Below the pieces are notes generated by a model, which was given only the letters and a program-made list of their open reading frames with translations, searched no databases and was not told the DNA's origin. A DNA stretch of 64,000 bases from Spironucleus salmonicida (Eukaryota): positions 992,001-1,056,000 of the forward strand of contig NC_090598.1 in the NCBI RefSeq assembly GCF_000497125.1, read 5' to 3'. A program made the position numbers and the translations under genes. Numbering within the stretch: position 1 is the stretch's first letter; every line of letters begins with the position of its first letter. This document shows, one piece after another, positions 40,388 to 49,287 of this stretch.

Positions 40388-42724
40388 ATGAACTCATCCA
40401 ACCCATTCGCAACCTCGATCACACCAACGCTCAAGTCCTCCATGAAGTCCTTCCAGCGCCCAGCCACGCTCTCCCTCTCGGCCCTGAAGAAGCAGAATAG
40501 GGCCTTCTACGAGGACTTCGCGGTGCAGGAGGCCGAGAAGCGCGCTGCGAAGCTGCAGAGGCAGGAGCAGCTGCAGGCGGCGAGGTCCCAGAAGCTCGAG
40601 GACGCAAAGAGCCTGGTCCAGAGCGAGATCGAGGCGTGCGAGTTTCCCAAGCGCTACACCTCGCAGCTGCAGCAGCAGGTCCTCTACCGCCGGATGTGCG
40701 AGCACCAGACGCTGAAGCAGCAGCGCAGCACCGCGGTGCAGAGCGCCGCGCCGGCCTCCCCCGCGCCGGAGGCCAGCGACCTGCTGCTCTCCGTGCAGCC
40801 GCCGCGCCCGACGATCTACGCGAAGAAGTACCACGAGCTGAACCGGAGCGAGTTCGTGGCCCGGGAGCTGGAGTTCGTGCGGCTCCTCACGCACTCCACC
40901 ACCACAATCAGCTGCGCCGGCGGGCTCGTGGAGGGCGTCGCGGGCCGCCTCGAGGGCCTGGACCGGCTGGAGGCGGGCATCGACAGCGGTTTCGCCAAGC
41001 TGGCCGAGATACAGCATCTGGTGTTCGCGGAGGCGAGCTCGGAGGCGACCAAGAACGACGACCTGGGCCAAATCATCGAGGCGCTCGCGCAGAAGGAGAC
41101 CAGCCTGCGCATGACGCTGGACGACCTGCTGGGCCACATCTCGCTCGAGTCGCAGCTGCTGAGCGCGAGCTTGCGGTCGAAGCTGCTCGTGGACAGCCTC
41201 GCGCAGCTGGGCATCCTGAAGGCGTCGGTGGCCGAGCTGCGCGTCAAGGAGGAGGACCTGATGCGCCAGATCAAGGACCAGGGAAATGACACCAAGTCGC
41301 GGCTGCAGACCCCCACGGCCTCGGCGGCGGCCGCACACCACTTCGAGCCAAGCGTGCCGCAGAGCGCGCACGGCGTCCAGGAGCCCGCGCTCGAGGGGGA
41401 GATGGACGCGCTCCGCCTACCCGAGGTCATCAAGTTCGCGTCCTACTCGCACCGGCTGGCCGACTTCCAGGACGAGACGTACCAGAAGGTGAACAGGCAG
41501 GACACGGCGCTGGTGTTCATCGACTTCAACCTGGCCGACATGCTGCGGGACATCCGGGGGCGGATCATGGCGGCCACGTCCGTAGACATTGCACAGCACT
41601 ACGACATTGCGCTCCCGCAGATATCCGACCCGGGCCAGATCCAGGTAGCGGCCTCGCGGACGACGAACTTCAACCGGGGCGACAGCCTGGCCGAGCGGGT
41701 TTGCGACGCGCTGGTGCGGTGCCAGAAGCACGAGCTCTTCAGGGCCTTCGGGCAGTTCCAGAACTTCCGCATCGACAAGCAGTTCTACGACTTCGACCTG
41801 GAGAAGGTCGGCCTGGCGTACGACCTCCGGCACGGCCTGCCGGTGCTGAGGGAGGCGTTCGACCTGCTGATCCACTCCGTGGTGCCGCCCAACCTCCACT
41901 TCAAGTCCGTGATCCAGTGCCTGGAGTGCCTGCAGCAGGCGAGCGTGAACCAAACCGACAAGCAGAGCGACCTGCAGCAGCTCCAGAGCCTCCAGAGCGC
42001 CGCACGGACGGATGACTCGTGCGTGCAGGCGCTGCAGCACCAGATCTGCCGCTGCGAGGAGAGCATCGCGCGGGTGAGGGCGGAGACGGAGGCGATCTAC
42101 GGCTTCTACGTGCCGCTGGAGACGGCGGGGCTCGGAGCGCAGGAGCTGGAGGAGCACATCCGGGTGCTCCAGATGTGCAACCAGTACGTGCTCAAGGACG
42201 GCCGGCACTACGTGCTGAACAAGTCTCCCCTGGTGCAGAAGGTGCAGTTCGCGGCGAAGCCCTACCGCTTCCTCAAGGAGTTCCAGCTGGACGACATCCG
42301 CGAGCAGCAGCACTTCCTCCAGCTCGCCCTCGCGAACCTGGCGGTGGGCCTGCGCTTCGCCTCCCGGGCCGAGCGGGACGGGCTGCTGGCGGACGGGGTA
42401 CTGCAGAAGACCGAGATCCTGTTCGACCGCTCCAAGGAGTTCCTGGCCCGTGTCAGCCCCCTGGAGGTCCGCGCAGCGAAGCGCAAGCTGGCGGCGGCGC
42501 ACCGGAAGCGGTTCGAGCAGGCGAAGAACGACGAGATGGTGCGGGTGCCGCGGAAGGTCTACCGCGAGGAGGCGGCCGAGGAGTTCGCCCGGCCGCACTT
42601 CACGAAGCCCGCGATGGCCCGCAAGGTGGAGGGCGCCCAGCGCGAGACCGTGCTCACGCGGACGATCAAGGAGCACCAGCGGCAGTTCGGCGTGGAGGGC
42701 GCGGAGGAGGGCTTTTACGACTGA
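40388..42724 (+). CDS. Coiled-coil hypothetical protein, 778 aa (IR2 left)
   Basis: Long ORF with near-saturated GC3; first ATG at 40388 (MNSSNPF); E/Q/K/R/L-rich. Confidence 0.85.
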   Translation: MNSSNPFATSITPTLKSSMKSFQRPATLSLSALKKQNRAFYEDFAVQEAEKRAAKLQRQEQLQAARSQKLEDAKSLVQSEIEACEFPKRYTSQLQQQVLYRRMCEHQTLKQQRSTAVQSAAPASPAPEASDLLLSVQPPRPTIYAKKYHELNRSEFVARELEFVRLLTHSTTTISCAGGLVEGVAGRLEGLDRLEAGIDSGFAKLAEIQHLVFAEASSEATKNDDLGQIIEALAQKETSLRMTLDDLLGHISLESQLLSASLRSKLLVDSLAQLGILKASVAELRVKEEDLMRQIKDQGNDTKSRLQTPTASAAAAHHFEPSVPQSAHGVQEPALEGEMDALRLPEVIKFASYSHRLADFQDETYQKVNRQDTALVFIDFNLADMLRDIRGRIMAATSVDIAQHYDIALPQISDPGQIQVAASRTTNFNRGDSLAERVCDALVRCQKHELFRAFGQFQNFRIDKQFYDFDLEKVGLAYDLRHGLPVLREAFDLLIHSVVPPNLHFKSVIQCLECLQQASVNQTDKQSDLQQLQSLQSAARTDDSCVQALQHQICRCEESIARVRAETEAIYGFYVPLETAGLGAQELEEHIRVLQMCNQYVLKDGRHYVLNKSPLVQKVQFAAKPYRFLKEFQLDDIREQQHFLQLALANLAVGLRFASRAERDGLLADGVLQKTEILFDRSKEFLARVSPLEVRAAKRKLAAAHRKRFEQAKNDEMVRVPRKVYREEAAEEFARPHFTKPAMARKVEGAQRETVLTRTIKEHQRQFGVEGAEEGFYD

Positions 42725-42755
42725 GCGTATAATAATTCACTCGGGCGGAACTTAA

Positions 42756-43304
42756 ATGCACAGAGTTCCCGAGACCGCCAGGTCCAGGGCCTCCAGACAG
42801 GGGGCGCGCGCCTCACCCGGAGCTGGGCCGGAGAGCTCCATGCTGTCGATTGCGGACCTGCAGACGGCGCTGGAGCACAAGATCGGGGTCGCCAGGCGCA
42901 CGCTCCGGCGGCCCGACGAGTCCGACATCGCCCAGATCGTCAGCACCCAGCGGCAGACCGCTATGCACCATGCCGTCGCCCCGGGTAGGCACCACCAGTT
43001 CCCCGCGCCCCTGGGGGACGGCATGCCGGCTGCCCCGCTCGCGGCCACGCACCAGGCCGCCCCAGCACCGACCGCGGTCCGGGAAGCGCCATCCCAGGAG
43101 GCTCTGCAGCAGGAAGCCGCCCTCACCGCGGGCCTGCGGGCTGAGATGGGCGCCATCCGCCGCGAGCTGGAGGGGGTCAGGCGCCAGGTGGCCCGGTTCA
43201 GCCTCGCCGAGCTCGACGCCGCGAGCGCGCTGGCGGGGAAGCAGGGCGAGCTGCTGGGGCTGGCGAACGCGAAGGTGGCGCGCATCCGTGGCATTGTGCA
43301 GTGA
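42756..43304 (+). CDS. Hypothetical protein, 182 aa (IR2 left)
   Basis: ATG after TTAA, GC3-biased frame, C-terminal coiled coil, ends CAG TGA. Confidence 0.75.
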   Translation: MHRVPETARSRASRQGARASPGAGPESSMLSIADLQTALEHKIGVARRTLRRPDESDIAQIVSTQRQTAMHHAVAPGRHHQFPAPLGDGMPAAPLAATHQAAPAPTAVREAPSQEALQQEAALTAGLRAEMGAIRRELEGVRRQVARFSLAELDAASALAGKQGELLGLANAKVARIRGIVQ

Positions 43305-43332
43305 GCGTCTTTCCATCTCCACCCCTCCCAAA

Positions 43333-43623
43333 ATGCTGCGCCTCCGGAAGGGCTACGAGCTGCAGCGGCAGAACCACCGCCCGCAGGAGCCGGTCTTCAA
43401 CCACTGGCAGATCTACACCACGGAGCGCATCGACCTCTCGGAGCCGGCGTACGTGTCGAAGTCCCAGATCCAGGGCAACTACCGCCCCGCCGCGGAGCAG
43501 TACTACCGCTTCAGCGACTACGACCCGCAGCTGCTGGTGCGCAGGGACCGCGGGCAGCTCAAGTCGGGCTACAGCCAGAGGCGCGTGCCGCGGGGATACC
43601 GGCTGACGGAGGACTTTCAGTGA
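43333..43623 (+). CDS. Hypothetical protein, 96 aa (IR2 left)
   Basis: MLRLRKGYELQRQNHRPQEP...; CTCCACCCCTCCC before the ATG; ends CAG TGA. Confidence 0.75.
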   Translation: MLRLRKGYELQRQNHRPQEPVFNHWQIYTTERIDLSEPAYVSKSQIQGNYRPAAEQYYRFSDYDPQLLVRRDRGQLKSGYSQRRVPRGYRLTEDFQ

Positions 43624-43676
43624 GCGGAGGGATATATATATGCATTGACACGGCGGCCAGTGAAAGAGAGAAAGCA

Positions 43677-46319
43677 TCACTGCACGGCGTCCGGAAGCAG
43701 GCCGCTGCCCGGGAAGCTTATCTTGCTCCCCTTGTACTGCGCTGCGAGCTCCTGCCTCAAGGCCTGCGTGGCGGCGCAGGTGGGCACCGTGATCTCGAAC
43801 TGGACCACGCTGCTGTCCCAGGTCACCTGGCCCTCGTTGGAGGCGTGCCTCACGTAGGTGATGGTGCCCGCGTACTTGGCGACGATGCGCGTGAACTGGC
43901 CCAGCTGGCCGGTCTTGCTGGCGATGATGAGCTTGACCTTGAGCATCTTGCCGAGCCCGATGAGCCCCATCTTGTAGATGCTGTGGAGCCTCGCGATGTC
44001 GATGTTGCCGCCGCAGATGACCACCGCGACGTTCTCGTCCACCTGCGGCTTGTACTTGCCGTAGAGCAGGGCGGCGAGGCCCATGCAGCCGGCGCCCTCG
44101 GACACCGTCTTGGTCCTGAGCAGCAGGTTCACGATCGTGGAGGCCACCTGGTTCTCGTTGACCGCGATGTAGTCGTCGACGTGCGTCCTGAGGATCTCGT
44201 TGTGCACGCCGCCGGGGCATTTCACATTGCAGCCGTCAGCGATGGTGGCCGCGGTGGGGTCGATCTTGGCGTGCGCGCCGGTCTTGTGGTAGTTCTCGAG
44301 GGGGAAGACGCGCTCGGCCTGCACGCCGACGATCTTCACGTTCTTGTTCATCTGCTTGGCGTAGAGCGAGATGCCGCTGATCATGCCGCCGCCGCCCACG
44401 TTGACGAGGATGGTGTCGACCTTCTCGCCGATCTTGTCCATCTGCTGGTACAGCTGGGACGCGATGGTGCCCTGGCCCTCGATGACGTCGAAGCTGTCGA
44501 ACGGGGGCACGAAGAGCCAGCCGCGCTGCTTGGCCAGCTCCTGGGCGTACTTGTTGCTGATGTCGAACACCTTGCCGTACTTGATCACCTCGGCGTTGTA
44601 GCGCATGGTGGCGTAGAGCTTGGTGATGGGCGCGGACTCGGGGCAGATGATCGTGCACTTGATCTTCAGCAGGTTCGCGGTCTTGGCAACGCCCTGCGCG
44701 TGGTTGCCGGCCGAGCAGGCGATGACGCCCTCGATCGTCTGGTTGTTGGCGATCGCCTGGTTGTAGGCCTTGATGAGCATGTTGGAGGCGCCGCGGATCT
44801 TGAAGGAGCCCGTCTGCTGGATGTTCTCCATGACCATGAAGAGGTTGGACTGGATGATCTCCGAGTAGTACTGGTCGTGCACGACCCCGGTGACGTCGGC
44901 GGCCTTGGAGGTGATGAGGTTGCGGTCCGCCTTGTCAATGGTCGCCGGCGTGATGTCCCCGAAGCCGGCTATCTCGGACTGGTAGTTGAAGGTGGCCTCC
45001 GCGCGGGCCGACTGGGTGTAGTCCATCACGGGCGCCTGGGTCACGCAGGGGGCGAAGTCCGGCATCTCCTCGCAGTAGAAGGAGCGCCTCCCGAAGGACT
45101 GGTCGACCTTGTTGGCGATCTTGACGAGGGACTGGTAGCCGGGGGACTGGACCTCGATCTGGAGGCCGCTGTCGGTGTAGCGCCAGTGCTGGATGGATAC
45201 GTTGAGGGCCTCCAGGATCTCCATCAGCTTGATGGTGTTGCTCATCACGGCGGTGTCGCAGGTGACGGTGAAGGTGATGATCTCGTAGGAGTCCTCGAGC
45301 GTCCACTTGATGTACTCGTTGAGGTAGTTGCTGAAGCACGTGAACTGCTTCGTGGTCAGCATGGACCCGCAGGTCATCGCCAGCACCACGTCCGTCTTCT
45401 CCAGGTAGATCTTCTTCGAGAGCAGCGCCGCGATGGGCGAGATGTACGAGCCGAGGGCGATGGAGTGCGAGGCCGCGATGAACTGCTTGAAGGCGTCGAA
45501 CCGCTCCGAGGTGGTGACGTCCACGGTGCCCTTGGGGCGCGCAGGGGCCGCCTGGAAGCGCGCCGCGAGACCGTCGAAGATGGCGTTCTTGAGCAGGATG
45601 TTGTTCGAGAAGGCGTAGTCGCCGGCTGCGGTGACCTTGCGCTCCGCGAACCAGCGCTTCACGTCGGCGTCGACCACAGTGCTGTCGGTGCGCATGGCGT
45701 TCCAGAAGGCGCCGTAGGTGAGCTCGAGGTCCATGGTCTGGACCCAGGAGAGGTAGTCGTACTGGTTCAGGATGGCCTGCTGCACGGGTACCACGCTGAT
45801 GACCTTCTCGCCCTGGAAGAAGGCCTGGATCGCGAAGTAGAAGTCGCAGCGGGAGAACACCGAGGTGTCGAGGGGCATCACGATCAGCTTGAGCGGCTTG
45901 TCGGCGAACTGCTGGACCGTCTTGGCCATGAAGTACGACGTCATCTCCGTGAGCGCGCGGTCCATGTTGGTCTGGTCGATGCGGACGGCGTCGGCCATGC
46001 TCTGCCTCACGCAGGCGCCCAGCTTGAGGGCGCCCCAGATCTGGAAGAGGTGCGAGACGTTGAGCTCGAGCGTCTCGGGGATCCGGGCGAAGAGGAAGTA
46101 GTCGTAGTACTTCGCGGCGGCGGCGAGGGGCAGGAGGTGCTCGATGGAGAAGGCGTCGAACTCGATGCGGCACACGGAGGAGCTGAGGCTCTGCTCGAGC
46201 AGGTACTTGTAGCCGAAGCACGCGATGTTGTCGTTCCCGGCGATGTTGGACAGCTGGACGTGCAGGTCGCAGCCCGCGTCCTCGGAGAGCAGCTGGTAGG
46301 ATTTGATGAACGTGTTCAT
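43677..46319 (-). CDS. Threonine dehydratase (PLP fold type II) with C-terminal ACT-like domain and long N-terminal extension, 880 aa (IR2 left)
   Basis: ENIQQTGSFKIRGA (PLP Lys), ACSAGNHAQGVA, VGGGGMISG, TIADG, EGAG, CGGNID. ATG 46319 preferred because the CTCCAC motif precedes it (alternative 46340). Confidence 0.95.
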   Translation of the reverse strand: MNTFIKSYQLLSEDAGCDLHVQLSNIAGNDNIACFGYKYLLEQSLSSSVCRIEFDAFSIEHLLPLAAAAKYYDYFLFARIPETLELNVSHLFQIWGALKLGACVRQSMADAVRIDQTNMDRALTEMTSYFMAKTVQQFADKPLKLIVMPLDTSVFSRCDFYFAIQAFFQGEKVISVVPVQQAILNQYDYLSWVQTMDLELTYGAFWNAMRTDSTVVDADVKRWFAERKVTAAGDYAFSNNILLKNAIFDGLAARFQAAPARPKGTVDVTTSERFDAFKQFIAASHSIALGSYISPIAALLSKKIYLEKTDVVLAMTCGSMLTTKQFTCFSNYLNEYIKWTLEDSYEIITFTVTCDTAVMSNTIKLMEILEALNVSIQHWRYTDSGLQIEVQSPGYQSLVKIANKVDQSFGRRSFYCEEMPDFAPCVTQAPVMDYTQSARAEATFNYQSEIAGFGDITPATIDKADRNLITSKAADVTGVVHDQYYSEIIQSNLFMVMENIQQTGSFKIRGASNMLIKAYNQAIANNQTIEGVIACSAGNHAQGVAKTANLLKIKCTIICPESAPITKLYATMRYNAEVIKYGKVFDISNKYAQELAKQRGWLFVPPFDSFDVIEGQGTIASQLYQQMDKIGEKVDTILVNVGGGGMISGISLYAKQMNKNVKIVGVQAERVFPLENYHKTGAHAKIDPTAATIADGCNVKCPGGVHNEILRTHVDDYIAVNENQVASTIVNLLLRTKTVSEGAGCMGLAALLYGKYKPQVDENVAVVICGGNIDIARLHSIYKMGLIGLGKMLKVKLIIASKTGQLGQFTRIVAKYAGTITYVRHASNEGQVTWDSSVVQFEITVPTCAATQALRQELAAQYKGSKISFPGSGLLPDAVQ

Positions 46320-46463
46320 TTGATTTGTGGAGCGGAGCATAGTTGGCGCGCGGGGGCAAACTCGGCGCCGGATTCACAAACCCGCTCCGGCGAAGGTGGG
46401 TATTATGCGGTATTAGGGCCCGCGGGGATTTGTGATTTGGCGCGGCGGACTGAGGGCAACGGC

Positions 46464-47255
46464 TCACTGCACCACGAAGAGCTTGCTGATGGCGCCCTGG
46501 GCCTCCTCGGCGCTCAGGTTCCCGCGCTCGGTCACCAGCAGCGTCACCAGGTCCAGGCCCACGAAGTCGTAGTGCAGCCCCGCCGCCCCGCCGAAGTCGT
46601 CGCGGTTGGCGGCCCCGAGCTCCGCGAAGATCTGCGCCTCGCCGCCGAAGAAGCGGTCCGAGAACTTGGTGGTCTCGGCGGCGACCAGGAACTGCCGGCC
46701 GAGGTAGCGGCACCCCGCGGCGAGCTGCAGGCTCCCGGGCCGCGTGAGCACGCCGTTGCGGAACACGGCCTCGGCGCCCACCAGCACGATGTCGCTGCCC
46801 TGGCAGGCCGTGCCCTCGGAGATGCGGCCGTCCGCGCGGAGCCGGGCCGCGAAGGCCTCGAAGCCGGTCTCGCGCACGCCGGACTCCACGAGCAGGACGC
46901 GGGCGTGCCGGGGAGCGAGCGCCCCGAGGCTGGCGAGCACGGTCTCGGAGACGCCGAAGACCGCGAGGCGCTGGTTGCGCTGCACCAGGGCGGCGAGGTT
47001 CGCGGCGAGGGCGCGGTTGGAGAAGAGCAGGTTGTTCTGCAGCAGGCGCAGCGACTCGGCCAGCGCGGTGTTGGCGGGCCCCTTGCCGCGGAGCAGCACG
47101 CGCTCGGCGAAGGCCAGGACCTGCGAGGCGAAGATGGGCGCGTGCAGGCTTGCCGGCGGCGGGAGGGGCTGCCGCAGCTGCATGAGCGAGAGCACGGGGC
47201 CGGCCGCGAGCAGGGCCGTGAAGTGCGCGATGACCTCCGTCTGGACGTGTTGCAT
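46464..47255 (-). CDS. eIF-2B alpha/beta/delta family (IF-2B) protein, 263 aa (IR2 left)
   Basis: DIVLVGAEAVFRNG...GSLQLA...FLVAAETTKF...DFVGLDLVTLLVTERG; GCTCCACA before the ATG. Confidence 0.85.
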   Translation of the reverse strand: MQHVQTEVIAHFTALLAAGPVLSLMQLRQPLPPPASLHAPIFASQVLAFAERVLLRGKGPANTALAESLRLLQNNLLFSNRALAANLAALVQRNQRLAVFGVSETVLASLGALAPRHARVLLVESGVRETGFEAFAARLRADGRISEGTACQGSDIVLVGAEAVFRNGVLTRPGSLQLAAGCRYLGRQFLVAAETTKFSDRFFGGEAQIFAELGAANRDDFGGAAGLHYDFVGLDLVTLLVTERGNLSAEEAQGAISKLFVVQ

Positions 47256-47290
47256 TGTGGAGCGGAAGGGAATCACTTCGGGCACCGCCC

Positions 47291-48214
47291 TCAGCCCATC
47301 AGCACGCCCGCGATGCCCGCCACGAGGCTGCCGGTCTCGGCGCCCAGGCAGCAGCCCTCGTCGATCTCGCCGAGCCCCACGATCTGCTTCGGGGCCAGGT
47401 CCAGGCGGAGGAGCTCGGCCACCAGGTCGTCCACGGACACGCCGGCCGCGACGATGTCCTGCACCTGCGCGTGCTTCTCGCGGAAGGAGCTGGGCTCGGC
47501 GAGCCGGAGGATGGCGGACCAGGCGGGCTTCGCGGAGAGCGCGACCAGGCCGGCGAGGGTGCTGACGCGGAGCGAGATGGCGTGCTGGAGCAGGTTCACG
47601 CTCGCGCGCAGGTCGCCCGCGCAGATGTCGCAGACGGCGGCGCAGAAGGCGGCGGGGACGGCGTAGGCCTCGCGCTCGCAGATGCCCTGGAGGTAGCCGC
47701 TGGAGAACTCGGTGGCGACGGGCCGGAAGCGGAACTTGGCGGTCCGGGAGAGCAGGGGCGGGATGAGCTTCTGCGGGTAGTTGCACAGCAGCACGAAGCG
47801 CGCGGTGTGGGACGCGGTCTCCATCACGCGGCGCAGGGCGCCCTGGGCGACGCCGCTCATCTGGTCGCACTCGTCGAGCACGATGAGCTTGAGCCCCGCG
47901 AGGCCCCCCTCGGCGCTGGCCTGGAAGAGGCTCTTGGCGCGCACGAAGCCGATGATCTTCTCGCGCACGGCGTCGATGCCGTTCTCGTCGGAGGCGTTGA
48001 GCTCGAGGATGCGGGCGCGGAAGGCGTCCCCGAAGAGCATGCGGGCGAGCGCGTGCACGGTGGTGGTCTTGCCGGTGCCGGGCGGGCCGAAGAAGAGCAG
48101 GTGGGGCAGCTGGCCCTGCGCGACGAAGCGCGTGAGCTGGGCCTTGATCCGCGCGTGGGAGTGGATCTCGTCGAAGGTGCGCGGGCGGTACTTCTCCGTG
48201 AAGGGCAGCGACAT
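47291..48214 (-). CDS. Replication factor C small subunit (RFC5/yeast Rfc3-like), 307 aa (IR2 left)
   Basis: LPFTEKYRP, LPHLLFFGPPGTGKT, LELNASD, KLIVLDECD, AQGALRR, GDLR. The SRC motif reads SRT; subunit identity not certain. Confidence 0.93.
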   Translation of the reverse strand: MSLPFTEKYRPRTFDEIHSHARIKAQLTRFVAQGQLPHLLFFGPPGTGKTTTVHALARMLFGDAFRARILELNASDENGIDAVREKIIGFVRAKSLFQASAEGGLAGLKLIVLDECDQMSGVAQGALRRVMETASHTARFVLLCNYPQKLIPPLLSRTAKFRFRPVATEFSSGYLQGICEREAYAVPAAFCAAVCDICAGDLRASVNLLQHAISLRVSTLAGLVALSAKPAWSAILRLAEPSSFREKHAQVQDIVAAGVSVDDLVAELLRLDLAPKQIVGLGEIDEGCCLGAETGSLVAGIAGVLMG

Positions 48215-48233
48215 TAGTGGAGCGGGGGAGCGG

Positions 48234-49229
48234 TCACACGCGGACGCGGCAGTACTCCACCACGAGGCGCAGCAGCCCGAAGAAGCACTCCAGCACCGCC
48301 GCGTCCTCGAGCTGCACGCGCCGGTCCGCCCGCCGCAGCCGGTCCACGCGGAGCACCGGCGGCAGCAGCGCGCGCTCGCCCTCGTAGGGCACCGCCGCGA
48401 CGCCCACCGCGCAGTCGTGCAGGCGGCCGCGGGGGTTGAGGAAGCTGCACTCCACGAGCGCGCAGGCCGGCAGCCGCTCGCGCCTGAGCACGTAGAACGT
48501 GGCGAGCAGCGGGTTGCGGTCCGCGCCCCCCTGCAGCACCTGGCCCGGGAAGGCCCGCACGTAGTAGCTCAGCGCCGCCCAGGCCACGTTCAGCGCGAAC
48601 TGCGGGTAGCGCTGCCGGCGCACGAAGTCCACGATGCGGCGGTACAGGGCCGGGCCCTCGAAGGACGCGCTCCCGAGCTGCAGGAACGGTGACGACACCG
48701 CCGCGCGGAATACCGCCCCTGTGGAGTAGATATCCGTCGGGAACACCACCGGCACCGCGCGGCCCTGCTCGAAGTCCGCCAGCGCCCCGCGGAAGAACGC
48801 CGAGCTGGAGTGCGTCAGCGGTGGACGAACTATATCACGTAGTTCTCCGACAGGGGATTTTTATAGTACTTTCTATGTTTATGCTAGTACTATTGAGATT
48901 TGATCTCTATGCTGACGAATATTTTCACTTGCTGATATCTGCTGAAGTACATTAACTTTTCCCTTTAGAGACTCGAGATGTGATGCGAAAGTACCAGCTG
49001 CTTACCTTAACTACGCCTCTATCTGTTCATTTTGAACTGAAGGAGGTGTATCAGCTCGTGTGGGGATTTTAGGATATAATGGCGTTATCCTTTTCTGTAG
49101 TGCTGCATTTTTAGTATCAGCAATCTTTTATTCTTATATTTTAACAGAATTTTAACGTATAAAATCCAGCTCATCTGTATAATTTTTCATTGTATGCGGT
49201 AGATCAGAAATCGAAAACGTTCTAGACAT
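48234..49229 (-). CDS. Hypothetical protein, 331 aa, crossing the IR2 inner boundary (intact copy)
   Basis: Read codon by codon from ATG 49229 (MSRTFSISDLPHTMKNY) through ...ELRDIV|RPPLTHSS, continuing in frame to TGA 48234 with no internal TGA. Confidence 0.82.
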
Positions 49230-49287
49230 TTAAAACCTTTACTCTATTACACATATAATAATATATTATTTTAAATAGAAAACGAAA

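Larger units (their letters stand above)
38570..48829. repeat. Inverted repeat IR2, left arm (at least 10.26 kb; outer end not determinable)
   Basis: Reverse complement of 53741-64000 (coordinates sum to 102570); identity ends at GGTGGACGAA, position 48829. Confidence 0.97.

Noticed and set aside
43620-47666. 1348-aa ORF and the many overlapping 200-600-aa ORFs in both IR2 arms
   Set aside because: Antisense or off-frame shadows of genes with saturated GC3; low-complexity R/G/A/P or V/L/G/D composition with no motifs.
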